Below are positions 18,212 to 28,196 of a DNA stretch of 64,000 bases, one piece after another. How positions within the stretch are numbered: position 1 is the first letter of the stretch; each line of letters opens with the position of its first letter. The position numbers were made by a program, and so were the translations under genes. Below the pieces are notes generated by a model. The model searched no databases. It had not been told where the DNA came from and saw only the letters and a list, made by a program, of their open reading frames with translations. This DNA comes from Deltaproteobacteria bacterium RIFCSPHIGHO2_01_FULL_43_49 (GTDB taxonomy: Bacteria; UBA10199; SPLOWO2-01-44-7): positions 91,852 to 155,851 of the forward strand of contig MGRG01000012.1 in assembly GCA_001798075.1 (NCBI GenBank), written 5' to 3'.

Positions 18212-19560
18212 ATAAGTTCCAAGTTCCAAGTTCCAAGTTCCAAAAAAATTCTCTAATTTCCAGACATCTAAAAATTGGAATTTGGATTTTGGTATTTATT
18301 TGGAATTTGGTGCTTGGTACTTGGAGCTTCGCTAGGGAGTTGCCGCCTATTTTGCAGGTGCTTGAAAGAGAACCCTCCAATTTAGAAGACATTGAAGAGC
18401 TTGTTGATTTTCGCTGGTATGATGTCGCGTGGGAAGCTCTTAAACAATACCCCAAAGAAGAAAAAGTTTTATTTTTGAAAGCAAAAACCCTTGCAGGCTT
18501 AAAAAAATATGATGAAGCCCTTCAACTCTTTGATTCTTTAATTCGCGATGTGCAAAATCCTGAGATAAGAAGAGACTGTATCTTAAGGAAGGCTTATATA
18601 TTGACACGTCTCAAGCGTTACAATGAAGCGACTCAAATTTATGAAAATCTCATCAAAAATATTCCAGTTGCAAAAATGCAGAGAAAATTATCTGCGCGAG
18701 CATTCAAGGTAGCGTTAGAAGCAAGAAATTATCAAAAGGCCTTACAACTTTTGAAGGGAATGGGCCCTGCCGAAACGAGTTGGTGGAGAGGGTGGTGTCT
18801 CTTTCGTTTAGGACGTTCACAAGAAGCATTAAAACAATGGAGTCTCTTTACACCCAAACGACACAAAGAATTCTACACCCAGGCTTTGTTTTGGAAATCT
18901 TTTATTTTGGAAGAATTAGGGAAAACAACGCAGGCAAAACCACTTTTGCAAGAACTGGTGACCAAATATCCCCTTTCATTTTATGGGATCCTGGCGCTCC
19001 ATAAACTGTATCCAGACGGCAAGAAAAAATCTCCAGAAATTCCAAAACCAAACGGTTTGGAACAAAAATTCCCTCTTGAGTTTCAAGGGGAGATTAAGCG
19101 TGAGGCAAAAGTGAGAGGGCTCGAACCCTATTTAGTCTTTGCTCTTGTTTGGCAGGAATCAAGATTTCGGGATTGGGTCATCAGTCCTGTTGGGGCTATC
19201 GGGTTGATGCAATTGATGCCTCAGACTGCTTTGCAATTGGCAAAGGCTTCCAAGATAAAACATTTTCACTTAGCCGATATTTTGGAACCCTCGACCAATA
19301 TCAAACTCGGCTCCTTTTATCTAAAATTTCTAAAGCAGTTGTTTTCCAATCAGATCCCCTATGTTTTGGCCGCCTATAACGCGGGCGAAGAAGCGGTAAG
19401 CCGCTGGCTCTCTTCGAGAGAAGACGAATCGGTTGAAATTTTTATTGAAGAGATCCCCTTCGACGAGACCCAAAAATACGTCAAAAAGGTCCTGGCCGCC
19501 TATTGGCTCTACCATTTGGTCTACAACGGCAAGCTGCCCGAAACACTTTTTCATGAATGA
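18193..19560 (+). CDS. lytic transglycosylase (SLT domain) with TPR-like N-terminal region
   Basis: SLT signature LVWQESRFRDWVISPVGAIGLMQLMPQTA and AAYNAGEEAV. Start uncertain; a heptanucleotide repeat lies in codons 8-17 if ATG 18193 is used. Confidence 0.75.
   Translation: MGKLFLNKFQVPSSKFQKNSLISRHLKIGIWILVFIWNLVLGTWSFARELPPILQVLEREPSNLEDIEELVDFRWYDVAWEALKQYPKEEKVLFLKAKTLAGLKKYDEALQLFDSLIRDVQNPEIRRDCILRKAYILTRLKRYNEATQIYENLIKNIPVAKMQRKLSARAFKVALEARNYQKALQLLKGMGPAETSWWRGWCLFRLGRSQEALKQWSLFTPKRHKEFYTQALFWKSFILEELGKTTQAKPLLQELVTKYPLSFYGILALHKLYPDGKKKSPEIPKPNGLEQKFPLEFQGEIKREAKVRGLEPYLVFALVWQESRFRDWVISPVGAIGLMQLMPQTALQLAKASKIKHFHLADILEPSTNIKLGSFYLKFLKQLFSNQIPYVLAAYNAGEEAVSRWLSSREDESVEIFIEEIPFDETQKYVKKVLAAYWLYHLVYNGKLPETLFHE
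18214..18241 (+). repeat. (AAGTTCC)x4 heptanucleotide tandem repeat
   Basis: Four perfect tandem units read directly from the sequence, just after the upstream gene stop and inside the 5' end of the SLT ORF. Confidence 0.9.
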
Positions 19561-19674
19561 GTGTTTGACACGTTTTTGGGTACTTGTTAGAGGCGGCTTG
19601 TGTTTCCTACCCGCCTCCTTTCTTTAAGCCAAAATTGCCAGTCAATGTCAATGCTTATCAAAAGGAGAAACATT

Positions 19675-20667
19675 ATGAAAAATCTGCTTTGGGTTATCGT
19701 TTTAAGTTTTCTTGCCTGCAGCCAACCTTTAAAAACCTCTCCGTCCGGTGCTATGATAAAGATCGACGGTTCCAGCACCGTCTTTCCAGTCACCGAAGCG
19801 GTCGCCGAGGAATTTCAAAAGGCCAAGGAAGGTGCGGTCAAAGTGACAGTCGGCATCTCCGGAACCGGAGGAGGTTTTAAAAAGTTTTGCAGGGGAGAAA
19901 CAGATATTTCAGATGCCTCCAGACCGATTCTCAAAAAAGAAATGGATGACTGTAATTCAGGCGGGATCAAGTATATTGAGCTTCCGGTAGCTTATGATGC
20001 CTTAACCGTGATGATTCATCCTTCCAACACATGGGCAACAAAAATGACCGTTCAGGACCTTAAAAAAATCTGGGAGCCCACTGCGCAAGAAAAAATAACA
20101 AAATGGAATCAAGTTCGGCCCAACTGGCCCGATCAACCGATCAAACTTTATGGAGCCGGGGCTGACTCTGGCACGTTTGATTACTTTACAGAGGCCATTG
20201 TTGGCAAAGCAAAGTCGAGCCGGGGAGACTATACCGCGAGTGAAGATGACAATGTTTTGGTTCAAGGCATTGCCAATGACAAAAATTCTCTGGGCTACTT
20301 TGGATTTGCCTATTATGTTGAAAATCAAAATAAGTTAAAAGCAGTAGCCGTTGATGGAGGCAAAGGAGGTATTTTGCCTTCGCAAAAAACCGTTGAAGAT
20401 GGTACCTATGAACCACTTTCCAGGCCAATCTTTATCTACATCAACAATAAATCGTTGGATAGAAAAGAGGTAAAAGAGTTTGTTGAATTTTATCTGAAGA
20501 ATGCGGCGAAGCTCGTGCAAGAAGTTAAATATATCCCATTGCCAGCCAAAGCTTATGAAATGGTCTTGGGAAATTTTCAAAAAGGTAAAATCGGGACCGT
20601 CTTTGGTGGTAAATCTGAAGTGGGGCTCAAAATTGAAACCCTTTTACAGCGCGAAGCGAAATACTGA
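19675..20667 (+). CDS. pstS: phosphate ABC transporter substrate-binding protein
   Basis: Signal or lipoprotein-type N-terminus (FLACS) and PstS pattern ([19 protein letters not shown]). ATG at 19675 with AAAGGAGAAA upstream. Confidence 0.9.
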   Translation: MKNLLWVIVLSFLACSQPLKTSPSGAMIKIDGSSTVFPVTEAVAEEFQKAKEGAVKVTVGISGTGGGFKKFCRGETDISDASRPILKKEMDDCNSGGIKYIELPVAYDALTVMIHPSNTWATKMTVQDLKKIWEPTAQEKITKWNQVRPNWPDQPIKLYGAGADSGTFDYFTEAIVGKAKSSRGDYTASEDDNVLVQGIANDKNSLGYFGFAYYVENQNKLKAVAVDGGKGGILPSQKTVEDGTYEPLSRPIFIYINNKSLDRKEVKEFVEFYLKNAAKLVQEVKYIPLPAKAYEMVLGNFQKGKIGTVFGGKSEVGLKIETLLQREAKY

Positions 20668-21526
20668 TCGCATCATAGCAGCGCTACTCTTTCTAGCCGC
20701 TCTCTCCTCGATAGCCATTACCGCGGGGATTGTGGGGATACTCGCCTATGAATCGCTGAGTTTTTTTAAGAATGTCTCCATTATTTCTTTTTTGACCGAT
20801 TCCCAATGGACTCCACTCTTTGATGACGCTCATTATGGAATTCTTCCTTTAGTGACGGGAACTTTAGTGACAACAACGGTTGCGATGCTGGTTGCCTTGC
20901 CTATTGGCACGATCACTGCCGTTTATTTAAGTGAATATGCCCACTTGAGGGTGCGCGAAACGGTGAAGCCCTTTTTGGAATTGCTGAGCGCTGTCCCAAC
21001 CGTCGTTTATGGCTATTTTGCCCTTTTGTTTGTCACTCCGCTTCTCCAACAAATCTTTCCAGACCTATCTGGTTTTAATATGTTAAGTGCCGGCTTGGTG
21101 ATAGGAATCATGATTATCCCCTATGTCAGTTCGGTCAGTGAAGATGCCATGCGTGCTGTGCCGATGAATCTGCGGGAAAGTTCCTACGCCTTGGGAGCTA
21201 CGAGATTGCAGACGGCTTGGAAGGTTGTAGTTCCCTCCGCTTTTTCTGGCATAGCCGCTGCTTACATTCTTGGAATTTCACGGGCTATTGGTGAAACAAT
21301 GGTTGTTGCTATCGCTGCCGGCATGCAACCTAATTTGACTCTCAATCCCATGGAACCTGCGGCAACCATCACCGCTTACATTGTTCAAGTAAGCCTGGGA
21401 GATCTGCCACACGGAAGTATTGGCTACCAAACCATCTTTGCGGCCGGTCTCACTCTTTTTTTGATGACACTTGTCTTTAACCTGATTGGACACATACTCC
21501 GCAAACGTTTTCGGGAAATTTATTAA
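20555..21526 (+). CDS. pstC: phosphate ABC transporter permease
   Basis: Multi-TM permease with PstC-like sequence. Start ambiguous: ATG 20555 overlaps pstS by 113 nt; a TTG near 20640 is an alternative. Confidence 0.8.
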   Translation: MKWSWEIFKKVKSGPSLVVNLKWGSKLKPFYSAKRNTDRIIAALLFLAALSSIAITAGIVGILAYESLSFFKNVSIISFLTDSQWTPLFDDAHYGILPLVTGTLVTTTVAMLVALPIGTITAVYLSEYAHLRVRETVKPFLELLSAVPTVVYGYFALLFVTPLLQQIFPDLSGFNMLSAGLVIGIMIIPYVSSVSEDAMRAVPMNLRESSYALGATRLQTAWKVVVPSAFSGIAAAYILGISRAIGETMVVAIAAGMQPNLTLNPMEPAATITAYIVQVSLGDLPHGSIGYQTIFAAGLTLFLMTLVFNLIGHILRKRFREIY

Positions 21527-21528
21527 AT

Positions 21529-22398
21529 ATGGCCTCTTACGCAAAAATGATTGCTGCAGGGAAAAGATGGGACAAGCTCTTCATTCTCGTTGGCCTTTCT
21601 TCCATGCTGGTGGGGTTGATTACGTTATCTGCATTGATCATCGATTTAGCTATTGATGGAGTGCCCCGCCTTTCTTTGAATTTTTTTACCTCTTTTCCAT
21701 CCCGCTTTCCTGAGGAGGCGGGGATTTTGTCTGCATGGGTTGGAACATCGCTTGTGATGTTAGTGACGGCACTCAGTGCCGTTCCATTGGGCATTGCGGC
21801 AGGTATTTATCTTGAAGAATATTCAAGAAAAAACTGGCTGACCGACTTCATTGAAATCAACATCGCTAATTTGGCTGGAGTCCCCTCCATTATTTATGGT
21901 TTGATGGCCTTGGGGCTTTTTGTCTATCAATTGCATTTAGGGCAAAGCATTTTGACGGCAGGGCTTACTTTGGCACTGTTGATTTTGCCAATGGTCATCA
22001 TGGCAACTCGCGAAGCGATTCGCTCCGTCCCAACGGCAATGCGAGAGGCCGCCTATGCAGTGGGGAGCAACAAATGGGAAGTGGTCAAAGATCATGTTCT
22101 CCCCTATTCTACCGGCGGGATTTTAACAGGAGTGATCATAGGGCTTTCGAGAGCGATCGGCGAAACTGCCCCTCTCATCACCATTGGAGCGTTGACGTTC
22201 ATCGCTTTTCTTCCCAAATCCTTAATGGACCCTTTTACCGTGATGCCGATTCAGATGTTTAACTGGGTATCCAGACCTCAAGAAGCGTTTCATTTCAATG
22301 CAGCAGCCGCGGGTCTTGTTTTGATGGCGATGACCTTAGCGATGAACGGCCTTGCCTTTTACATCCGTTTTCGCTTTAGAAAGAAAATAAAATGGTAA
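21529..22398 (+). CDS. pstA: phosphate ABC transporter permease
   Basis: PstA-like permease directly after pstC. Confidence 0.9.
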   Translation: MASYAKMIAAGKRWDKLFILVGLSSMLVGLITLSALIIDLAIDGVPRLSLNFFTSFPSRFPEEAGILSAWVGTSLVMLVTALSAVPLGIAAGIYLEEYSRKNWLTDFIEINIANLAGVPSIIYGLMALGLFVYQLHLGQSILTAGLTLALLILPMVIMATREAIRSVPTAMREAAYAVGSNKWEVVKDHVLPYSTGGILTGVIIGLSRAIGETAPLITIGALTFIAFLPKSLMDPFTVMPIQMFNWVSRPQEAFHFNAAAAGLVLMAMTLAMNGLAFYIRFRFRKKIKW

Positions 22399-23156
22399 AA
22401 CACAATGGAATAAAAGCAGAAGTCAAAAATCTCAATTTTTATTATGGCACTAAACAAGCCCTCAAAAATATTAGTCTGACCATTCCTGAAAAAAAAGTGA
22501 CTGCATTTATTGGCCCTTCTGGTTGTGGCAAGACAACCTACCTAAGATGTTTCAACCGGATGCATGATCTTTATGCAGGCAACCGTTATGAGGGGAAAAT
22601 CATTTTACACCCCGATGGGGTTAACATCGTTGATCTAAACTTGGATCCTATTGAAGTGAGAATGCGTATTGGGATGGTCTTTCAAAAACCAAACCCGTTT
22701 CCAAAATCGATTTACGAAAATGTGGCCTATGGGCTCAAAATCCGCGGACTAAAAGGGGTGAGTGAAAAAGTGGAAAAGGCGCTCAAGGAAGCGGCCTTGT
22801 GGGATGAAGCTAAGGATCGTTTGAATGACCATGCTTTCAACCTCTCTGGAGGTCAGCAGCAGCGTTTGTGCATTGCTAGGGCTTTGGCAACCAACCCGGA
22901 AATCCTTCTGTTTGACGAACCAACCTCTGCACTCGATCCCATCGCCACCGCCAAGATTGAAGAATTGTTTACGCAACTAAAAGAGCGAGTCGCCATCATT
23001 ATTGTAACACACAACATGCAACAGGCGGCACGAGTTGCCGACAAAACGGCGTTTCTTTACTTGGGGGAACTAATCGAGTATGGAGATACAAAAACTCTCT
23101 TCACGAATCCAAAAGAGAAACGAACAGAAGACTATATTACAGGAAGATTTGGATAG
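22392..23156 (+). CDS. pstB: phosphate ABC transporter ATP-binding protein
   Basis: Walker [13 protein letters not shown] signature LSGGQQQR, Walker [13 protein letters not shown]. Confidence 0.95.
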   Translation: MVKHNGIKAEVKNLNFYYGTKQALKNISLTIPEKKVTAFIGPSGCGKTTYLRCFNRMHDLYAGNRYEGKIILHPDGVNIVDLNLDPIEVRMRIGMVFQKPNPFPKSIYENVAYGLKIRGLKGVSEKVEKALKEAALWDEAKDRLNDHAFNLSGGQQQRLCIARALATNPEILLFDEPTSALDPIATAKIEELFTQLKERVAIIIVTHNMQQAARVADKTAFLYLGELIEYGDTKTLFTNPKEKRTEDYITGRFG

Positions 23157-23168
23157 GAGGAAGAACGA

Positions 23169-23849
23169 ATGAACTTACATACAGACAAACGATATGAAGA
23201 GGGGCTGCAAAGCCTTAAAGAACTGATTCTCAAAATGGGTGAGGTTGTGGAGGAAATGATCGCCCTTGCGATGAAGTCTCTGGTCGATCGCAATTCCAAC
23301 CTTGTTCAGGAAGTGATTCAGAGAGATCCGGAAGTCAATGATCTGGAGATCGCCATTGATGATCGCTGTTTGGAACTGCTAGCCCTACATCAGCCTGCAG
23401 CCTCCGACCTTCGGTTCATTACCATTGGGCTGAAAATTAGCAAAGATTTGGAGCGTATTGGTGATCTCTCGGTCAATATCGTGGAAAATGCCTTGGAGAT
23501 TAATAAGGAACCTGCTTTAAAACCCTATATCGATCTTCCCAAGATGGCTTCCAAATCCCAAACCATGGTCAAAGATTCACTCGATGCCTTTGTCAAAAGG
23601 GACATCCTACAGGCAGAAAGGGTGTGCAAGGTTGATGATGAAGTTGACGATCTCAATGACCGCATTTTTGGTGAATTGGTTGCCATTATGAAAAAAGACC
23701 CAGAGTCCATTTCAAGAAGCACAAGACTCATTTCTATTGCAAAACATTTGGAGCGGATTGCCGATCATGCAACGAATATTGCCGAAGAAATCATCTTTAT
23801 GGTGAAAGGGAAAGATATCCGCCACGGCAAAATATCATTTGAGGAGTAG
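23169..23849 (+). CDS. phoU: phosphate transport system regulator PhoU
   Basis: PhoU two-repeat helical pattern (DLERIGD and HLERIADHATNIAE). Confidence 0.9.
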   Translation: MNLHTDKRYEEGLQSLKELILKMGEVVEEMIALAMKSLVDRNSNLVQEVIQRDPEVNDLEIAIDDRCLELLALHQPAASDLRFITIGLKISKDLERIGDLSVNIVENALEINKEPALKPYIDLPKMASKSQTMVKDSLDAFVKRDILQAERVCKVDDEVDDLNDRIFGELVAIMKKDPESISRSTRLISIAKHLERIADHATNIAEEIIFMVKGKDIRHGKISFEE

Positions 23850-24710
23850 TTTTTCAATTCCTTCAAAAACGGCAATAAGATGGCGGACATTTGAGACAAA
23901 GTCGATTTTGGAGACATCGATTGTCAAAACAGGGCCTTGGTACCAACCGGTCTTTTGTAAAACATCAGCAAATTGATCGTAGCGGTTATTGAGCGCTTTT
24001 ACTAAACGCACCAGCCCTTGCGGCAAGTCCTCTTTCTTATCGGGAACCAATTCTTCTTTTCTTTCTCGTTCACGAATGTTGGTTAACAACATTTCAGAAG
24101 AACCTTTCAATAAAATCATCAAGTGTGGCCTAGGAAGAGAATCAAAATCTCTTCTTAAACGCTCTTCGATATTTTGTAGGCCTTGAGCATTTAAAAACGG
24201 AATCTCCATGTCATTGTGCAACACTTCGCAGAAAGCATAACGATCGGCAAAAGGGGAGCCGTCAATGCAGGTGGAACCTTTCAAGTGGGCCACCGTTTGA
24301 AGCTGCATTTTGCGAAGGTCCAAGTAAGCGTGCTGGATATCGAGGGCCGCCTTTTCCAAATCTTTTTTGTGAAAATCCGATGGGTCTTCTAAAAAGTTGT
24401 TGATGGCTGCGTAGTAACCCCCAAGAGTTCTTTTTGCTGAGTCTTTGGCTGTGTTGAGAAGCGGATAGATCATATAATTGTGAGGGATATGATCTTCAAA
24501 ACCCTCATCCGGGAGTTCAAAAAGGGCATTCATCCCCGTGTTGAACGCCAAAAATTTTACGAGAGAACTTTTTCCTGTGCCAATATTGCCGACACACGTA
24601 ATCAAAATCTGATTTTGAGAAAAAAATTGGTGGAGCCTTCGCTCCACAGAGGTGAGACGATTTGGAATCTGATGGCGGGGTATATTTTCATCCGCAATGA
24701 GGTCAAGCAT
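23835..24710 (-). CDS. deoxynucleoside kinase family protein (P-loop)
   Basis: P-loop VGNIGTGKSS; DRY-like segment; overall dNK-like layout. Confidence 0.55.
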   Translation of the reverse strand: MLDLIADENIPRHQIPNRLTSVERRLHQFFSQNQILITCVGNIGTGKSSLVKFLAFNTGMNALFELPDEGFEDHIPHNYMIYPLLNTAKDSAKRTLGGYYAAINNFLEDPSDFHKKDLEKAALDIQHAYLDLRKMQLQTVAHLKGSTCIDGSPFADRYAFCEVLHNDMEIPFLNAQGLQNIEERLRRDFDSLPRPHLMILLKGSSEMLLTNIRERERKEELVPDKKEDLPQGLVRLVKALNNRYDQFADVLQKTGWYQGPVLTIDVSKIDFVSNVRHLIAVFEGIEKLLLK

Positions 24711-25473
24711 TGTTTCTCCTCGCGGCGATTATCCTTCTTACTTTTTCGCGGATTGTTGCTGCTGCCACATGGACATAGTCGGGGTGATCAACCATATCGA
24801 TTTCAGCTGGCAAAACAATCAAATCGATATCAGGTGGGACGATAGCAATTTCTTGATAGCGTGCGGTCACCTTTTTCCAATTGGTAACTAAGTGTTCGTA
24901 GCATTCATGAATTTCTTTTAAGTAACCGGGCTGGATGGAGGCAGCATAACCATCTCCATCTTTGGCTCTTTTTTCCCTTCTTTTTTCCAAAAGCTCCGGT
25001 TCGGAGCGCAAATAGACCATCAAATCAGGCAGCCGAATGTGCTCTTTTTCCAGAACTTGTCTTAGCATTGTTTTGTAGAGATTGGCATGGGCCTCGGGCA
25101 TCTCACCCGACTGAATCATTCTTTTGACAAAAACTTCTGGGCCATCCAAAAAAGGTCTATCCTCAACAACCAAAACGCCATGGGAATTTTCTCTAGTCAT
25201 CAAATGACGGATCTCTCTTTGTTGTTGGGTACGCATATAGAGAAAAGCGATCTCTGTTGGAAAAATGTTAGCGAGTCGATCTTGATAAAATAAAGCAAGG
25301 CATTGATCGGCTAAAGAATCTTTTTCAATTCTTTCCGAAAAAGTGTGTAGCTCGCCATTATCGAGAAGTAATTCCAAATCTTTTTTGTAAGGATCTTTCG
25401 AGAGGGCATTCATGAGGGTTGTTTTTCCCGAAAAGAGATTCCCCATGATGCCAATATGAAAATTTCTGGTCAC
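24703..25473 (-). CDS. deoxynucleoside kinase-like P-loop protein (second paralog)
   Basis: P-loop GIMGNLFSGKTTL; adjacent to the first dNK-like gene and to dgt. GTG start. Confidence 0.5.
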   Translation of the reverse strand: MTRNFHIGIMGNLFSGKTTLMNALSKDPYKKDLELLLDNGELHTFSERIEKDSLADQCLALFYQDRLANIFPTEIAFLYMRTQQQREIRHLMTRENSHGVLVVEDRPFLDGPEVFVKRMIQSGEMPEAHANLYKTMLRQVLEKEHIRLPDLMVYLRSEPELLEKRREKRAKDGDGYAASIQPGYLKEIHECYEHLVTNWKKVTARYQEIAIVPPDIDLIVLPAEIDMVDHPDYVHVAAATIREKVRRIIAARRNNA

Positions 25474-25485
25474 GCACCCTGTCTA

Positions 25486-26667
25486 TCAAACGCGCTCTTC
25501 AGGGTCAAATAACTTTTTGTACTCTTGTAGGGCGAAGCGGTCGGTCATACCGGCGATATAATCGCAAATGTGGCGTTTGAGGTCGTTGTTTTTCTTAATG
25601 CGGCTATAAAATTCATCCGGCAAGATTTTGGGATTGCCTAAATAGGCGTTGAATAGATCTGTGATCGTTCTTTTGGCCTTTTCAGCCATTCTTTCAACCC
25701 GCCAATGGCAATACATATTTTCGAAAAGAAATTTTTTGAGCTCTGCCGTCTTTTTTTGCGTTTCCGCACTTAAACCGACGACATTTTTTCCTTTGGCGCG
25801 CACCTCTTCCAGTGTTGCGATCTTTTTTTCGGTAAACCTTTTTCTTGTTTCGGTTTGCAGATCATCCACCAGTCTATGAATTAATTTGCTAACCGTTCGA
25901 AAACGCTTGACCTTGTCAGGTGCTTGAGGGAATTTTTTGGTGATTTCAGAAAAAATTTCTCGCCACAATGCAACCTCTTCCAACATTTCAAAGGTCAACA
26001 TTCCATATTGCAAACCATCATCTAAATCGTGATTCATATAGGCGATCTCATCGGCAAAATTGACTATTTGGGCTTCCAAAGTGGGATAGCCGACTTTTTT
26101 TAGTTCCTCATCATCCTCTGGTTTGTCGTATTCTGAGGAGTGTTTCAAAATGCCTTCGAGCACTTCAAACGAAAGGTTCAGTCCTAAAAAATCGGGATAA
26201 CGTTCTTCCAATTGTGTGACCACACGATAGCTTTGCTTGTTATGTTCAAACCCACCGGCGTCTTCCATCAAGACATTCATTGCCGCTTCACCCGCATGAC
26301 CAAATGGTGTATGGCCCAAGTCATGTGCCAGGGCAATCGTTTGTGCTAAATCTTCATTCAGTCTCAGCATTCTTGCGATGCCACGCGAAATTTGGCTCAC
26401 TTCCAAACTGTGTGTTAGCCGAGTGCGATAGTAATCCCCTTCATGATTGATAAAAACTTGAGTCTTGTATTCAAGGCGTCGAAAAGCGGTGGAATGAACA
26501 ATCCGATCGAGATCTCTTTGAAAACGGGTTCTGAAAATACATTCGTCTTCTGTATGTTGGCGACCGAGACTTTTTGAAGAAAGTTGGGCATACGGCGCCA
26601 ACAGATCTTTTTCCCTCTCTTCATAGGCTTCACGGTTATGCAACGGGGCGGACTTTTGTTCCGGCAT
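25486..26667 (-). CDS. dgt: dGTP triphosphohydrolase-like HD-domain protein
   Basis: HD motif region RLTHSLEVSQISRGIA...ALAHDLGHTPFGHAGE. Confidence 0.85.
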   Translation of the reverse strand: MPEQKSAPLHNREAYEEREKDLLAPYAQLSSKSLGRQHTEDECIFRTRFQRDLDRIVHSTAFRRLEYKTQVFINHEGDYYRTRLTHSLEVSQISRGIARMLRLNEDLAQTIALAHDLGHTPFGHAGEAAMNVLMEDAGGFEHNKQSYRVVTQLEERYPDFLGLNLSFEVLEGILKHSSEYDKPEDDEELKKVGYPTLEAQIVNFADEIAYMNHDLDDGLQYGMLTFEMLEEVALWREIFSEITKKFPQAPDKVKRFRTVSKLIHRLVDDLQTETRKRFTEKKIATLEEVRAKGKNVVGLSAETQKKTAELKKFLFENMYCHWRVERMAEKAKRTITDLFNAYLGNPKILPDEFYSRIKKNNDLKRHICDYIAGMTDRFALQEYKKLFDPEERV

Positions 26668-27202
26668 GGTTTACCCCCTCCATTTCTTTAACGTAGGATT
26701 TCAAAACTTCTTTGGAAAAATTCAATGGGTCGATGTCATAATCTTTCAGTCCTTTTGTCAAAACAGGTGTGTTGGCACTGGAGATGTTAATGCCTGTATG
26801 GATCAAACAGGAAACAGGCGAAGAGGTTGCCACAGAGACTGAGAGTTTTGCGTTGTCATCATACAAATCATTTCCTTTTCTTTGAACGTTTCTGCATGAA
26901 GGATTTTTGTGAAGTAAATCATGGAGAATGGCAATTAACAACCGTTGCCTCAACACCATTCTTTCTAAATCTTTGTCAAAGTGTTCCACAATGAAATGAA
27001 GCATATCTTCGCTAAAGATCGGTGCATTACGAGCCACATCTTCAAGGTCTACCATTTTTTCGATAGGGACATTGGCTGGTCCTATGAAGGAGGCGATCAC
27101 ATCCCCTTTAATGTGTGTAAAATCGCGAATCCAGTTGGATCGAAGCTGGATTCCATCATAGAGAATGGGGGTGTCGATAAAGCGACTTTTCATCGTTGCC
27201 AT
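26636..27202 (-). CDS. hypothetical protein (188 aa), first gene of the dNTP-metabolism cluster
   Basis: Intact ORF with ATG, overlapping the dgt start by 32 nt; no motif recognised. Confidence 0.45.
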   Translation of the reverse strand: MATMKSRFIDTPILYDGIQLRSNWIRDFTHIKGDVIASFIGPANVPIEKMVDLEDVARNAPIFSEDMLHFIVEHFDKDLERMVLRQRLLIAILHDLLHKNPSCRNVQRKGNDLYDDNAKLSVSVATSSPVSCLIHTGINISSANTPVLTKGLKDYDIDPLNFSKEVLKSYVKEMEGVNHAGTKVRPVA

Positions 27203-27254
27203 AAGCCAAAAAGGTCATTATCTCAGTCTATGTAAGGAAGCAACTTTTTTGAAA

Positions 27255-27393
27255 AGGTGCCGATAGATTCCCGCGGGCAAGCCCGTGGTATTCTGGGTCT
27301 CGAGTTTTAGGGAATCTACCCAGCCGCCAAAGGCGGCGAGAGGGGGAGGCTCCATCCCCGCCTTGGCGGGGTGGAGGGGGCGACGCGAGCCCC
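27255..27393. repeat. GC-rich compound palindrome in a divergent intergenic region (candidate structured RNA or regulatory DNA)
   Basis: Nested inverted repeats: AGATTCCC...GGGAATCT enclosing CGGGC-AA-GCCCG, then GCCGCC-AAA-GGCGGC and CCCCGCC-TT-GGCGGGG; a TATAAT hexamer sits 10 nt before the downstream ATG. Confidence 0.4.
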
Positions 27394-27408
27394 TATAATA
27401 GACTCATT

Positions 27409-28194
27409 ATGTTGTCTTCAATACAGGTGAGCGCCTCTTTAGCCGGAGAAGTTGGGTTTTGGGGGCAGGCTGTTTTGCTTGCTCCTAGTGGGTTGCATGC
27501 CGCTTTGCAAACCGGTTTTGATCCTGCTCAAAATGATTTAGAAGAGATTCAGGGTGTCTTACACCCTTTACGAAAAGCTCTTCTTGCGCAACATGTTGAT
27601 TTGTTAGACGTGCCGCCTTCCTTCGAAATTGGTGACAGAGAAAACGCCGCAAACCTTAAAAAAATAGCCACTTCATTTCAAGCCATTCCTCATCATCCAT
27701 ACATGGCGGCAGCCAATGCTGTTTTTTTTGGAGGCGCTCTTCGGTTTGCCACGACAAAAGATGTTTTGGAAAAAATGGCCGTCATTACAGGCCCCCCAAA
27801 TCCTTTTTATGTTTTAGTTGCTCCTGTGATTACTGCTTTTTTTATTTGGGGCGGCGAAATGGAAAGTGCTGCATTGATGCATCGAGATTTGGGAGATATT
27901 TGGATTCGCTCTGATCAGGTAGATAAAGCGAGAGAGGCCTATTGCAAAGAGGGAGATATTTGTTTGAGGTGGGCTGAAGAATTATCAAGGGAGTCAGGAA
28001 TTATACAGGGTGAGGATTCTGAGTTCCGGGCCTATTGTTTGGCGAATCAATATGTACAAAAACTGAGGCTTGCAAAAGAAGCTTACCAAAGAGCAGAATC
28101 GGAAGAGGATTTAAAAAAAATTAGAAGATTTATACAAGAAGGGGAGCGCGAAGCAGAGCATTTACGAATGCGCGCTACTTTTGCAGGCCTTTAG
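27409..28194 (+). CDS. hypothetical protein (261 aa)
   Basis: Intact ORF with ATG; no recognised domain. Confidence 0.5.
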   Translation: MLSSIQVSASLAGEVGFWGQAVLLAPSGLHAALQTGFDPAQNDLEEIQGVLHPLRKALLAQHVDLLDVPPSFEIGDRENAANLKKIATSFQAIPHHPYMAAANAVFFGGALRFATTKDVLEKMAVITGPPNPFYVLVAPVITAFFIWGGEMESAALMHRDLGDIWIRSDQVDKAREAYCKEGDICLRWAEELSRESGIIQGEDSEFRAYCLANQYVQKLRLAKEAYQRAESEEDLKKIRRFIQEGEREAEHLRMRATFAGL

Positions 28195-28196
28195 AT

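Noticed and set aside
20501-20667. 113-167 nt overlap between the pstS and pstC ORFs as a possible frameshift
   Set aside because: Both frames are intact and each product looks complete; this is more simply a start-codon ambiguity for pstC (ATG 20555 or a TTG near 20640).
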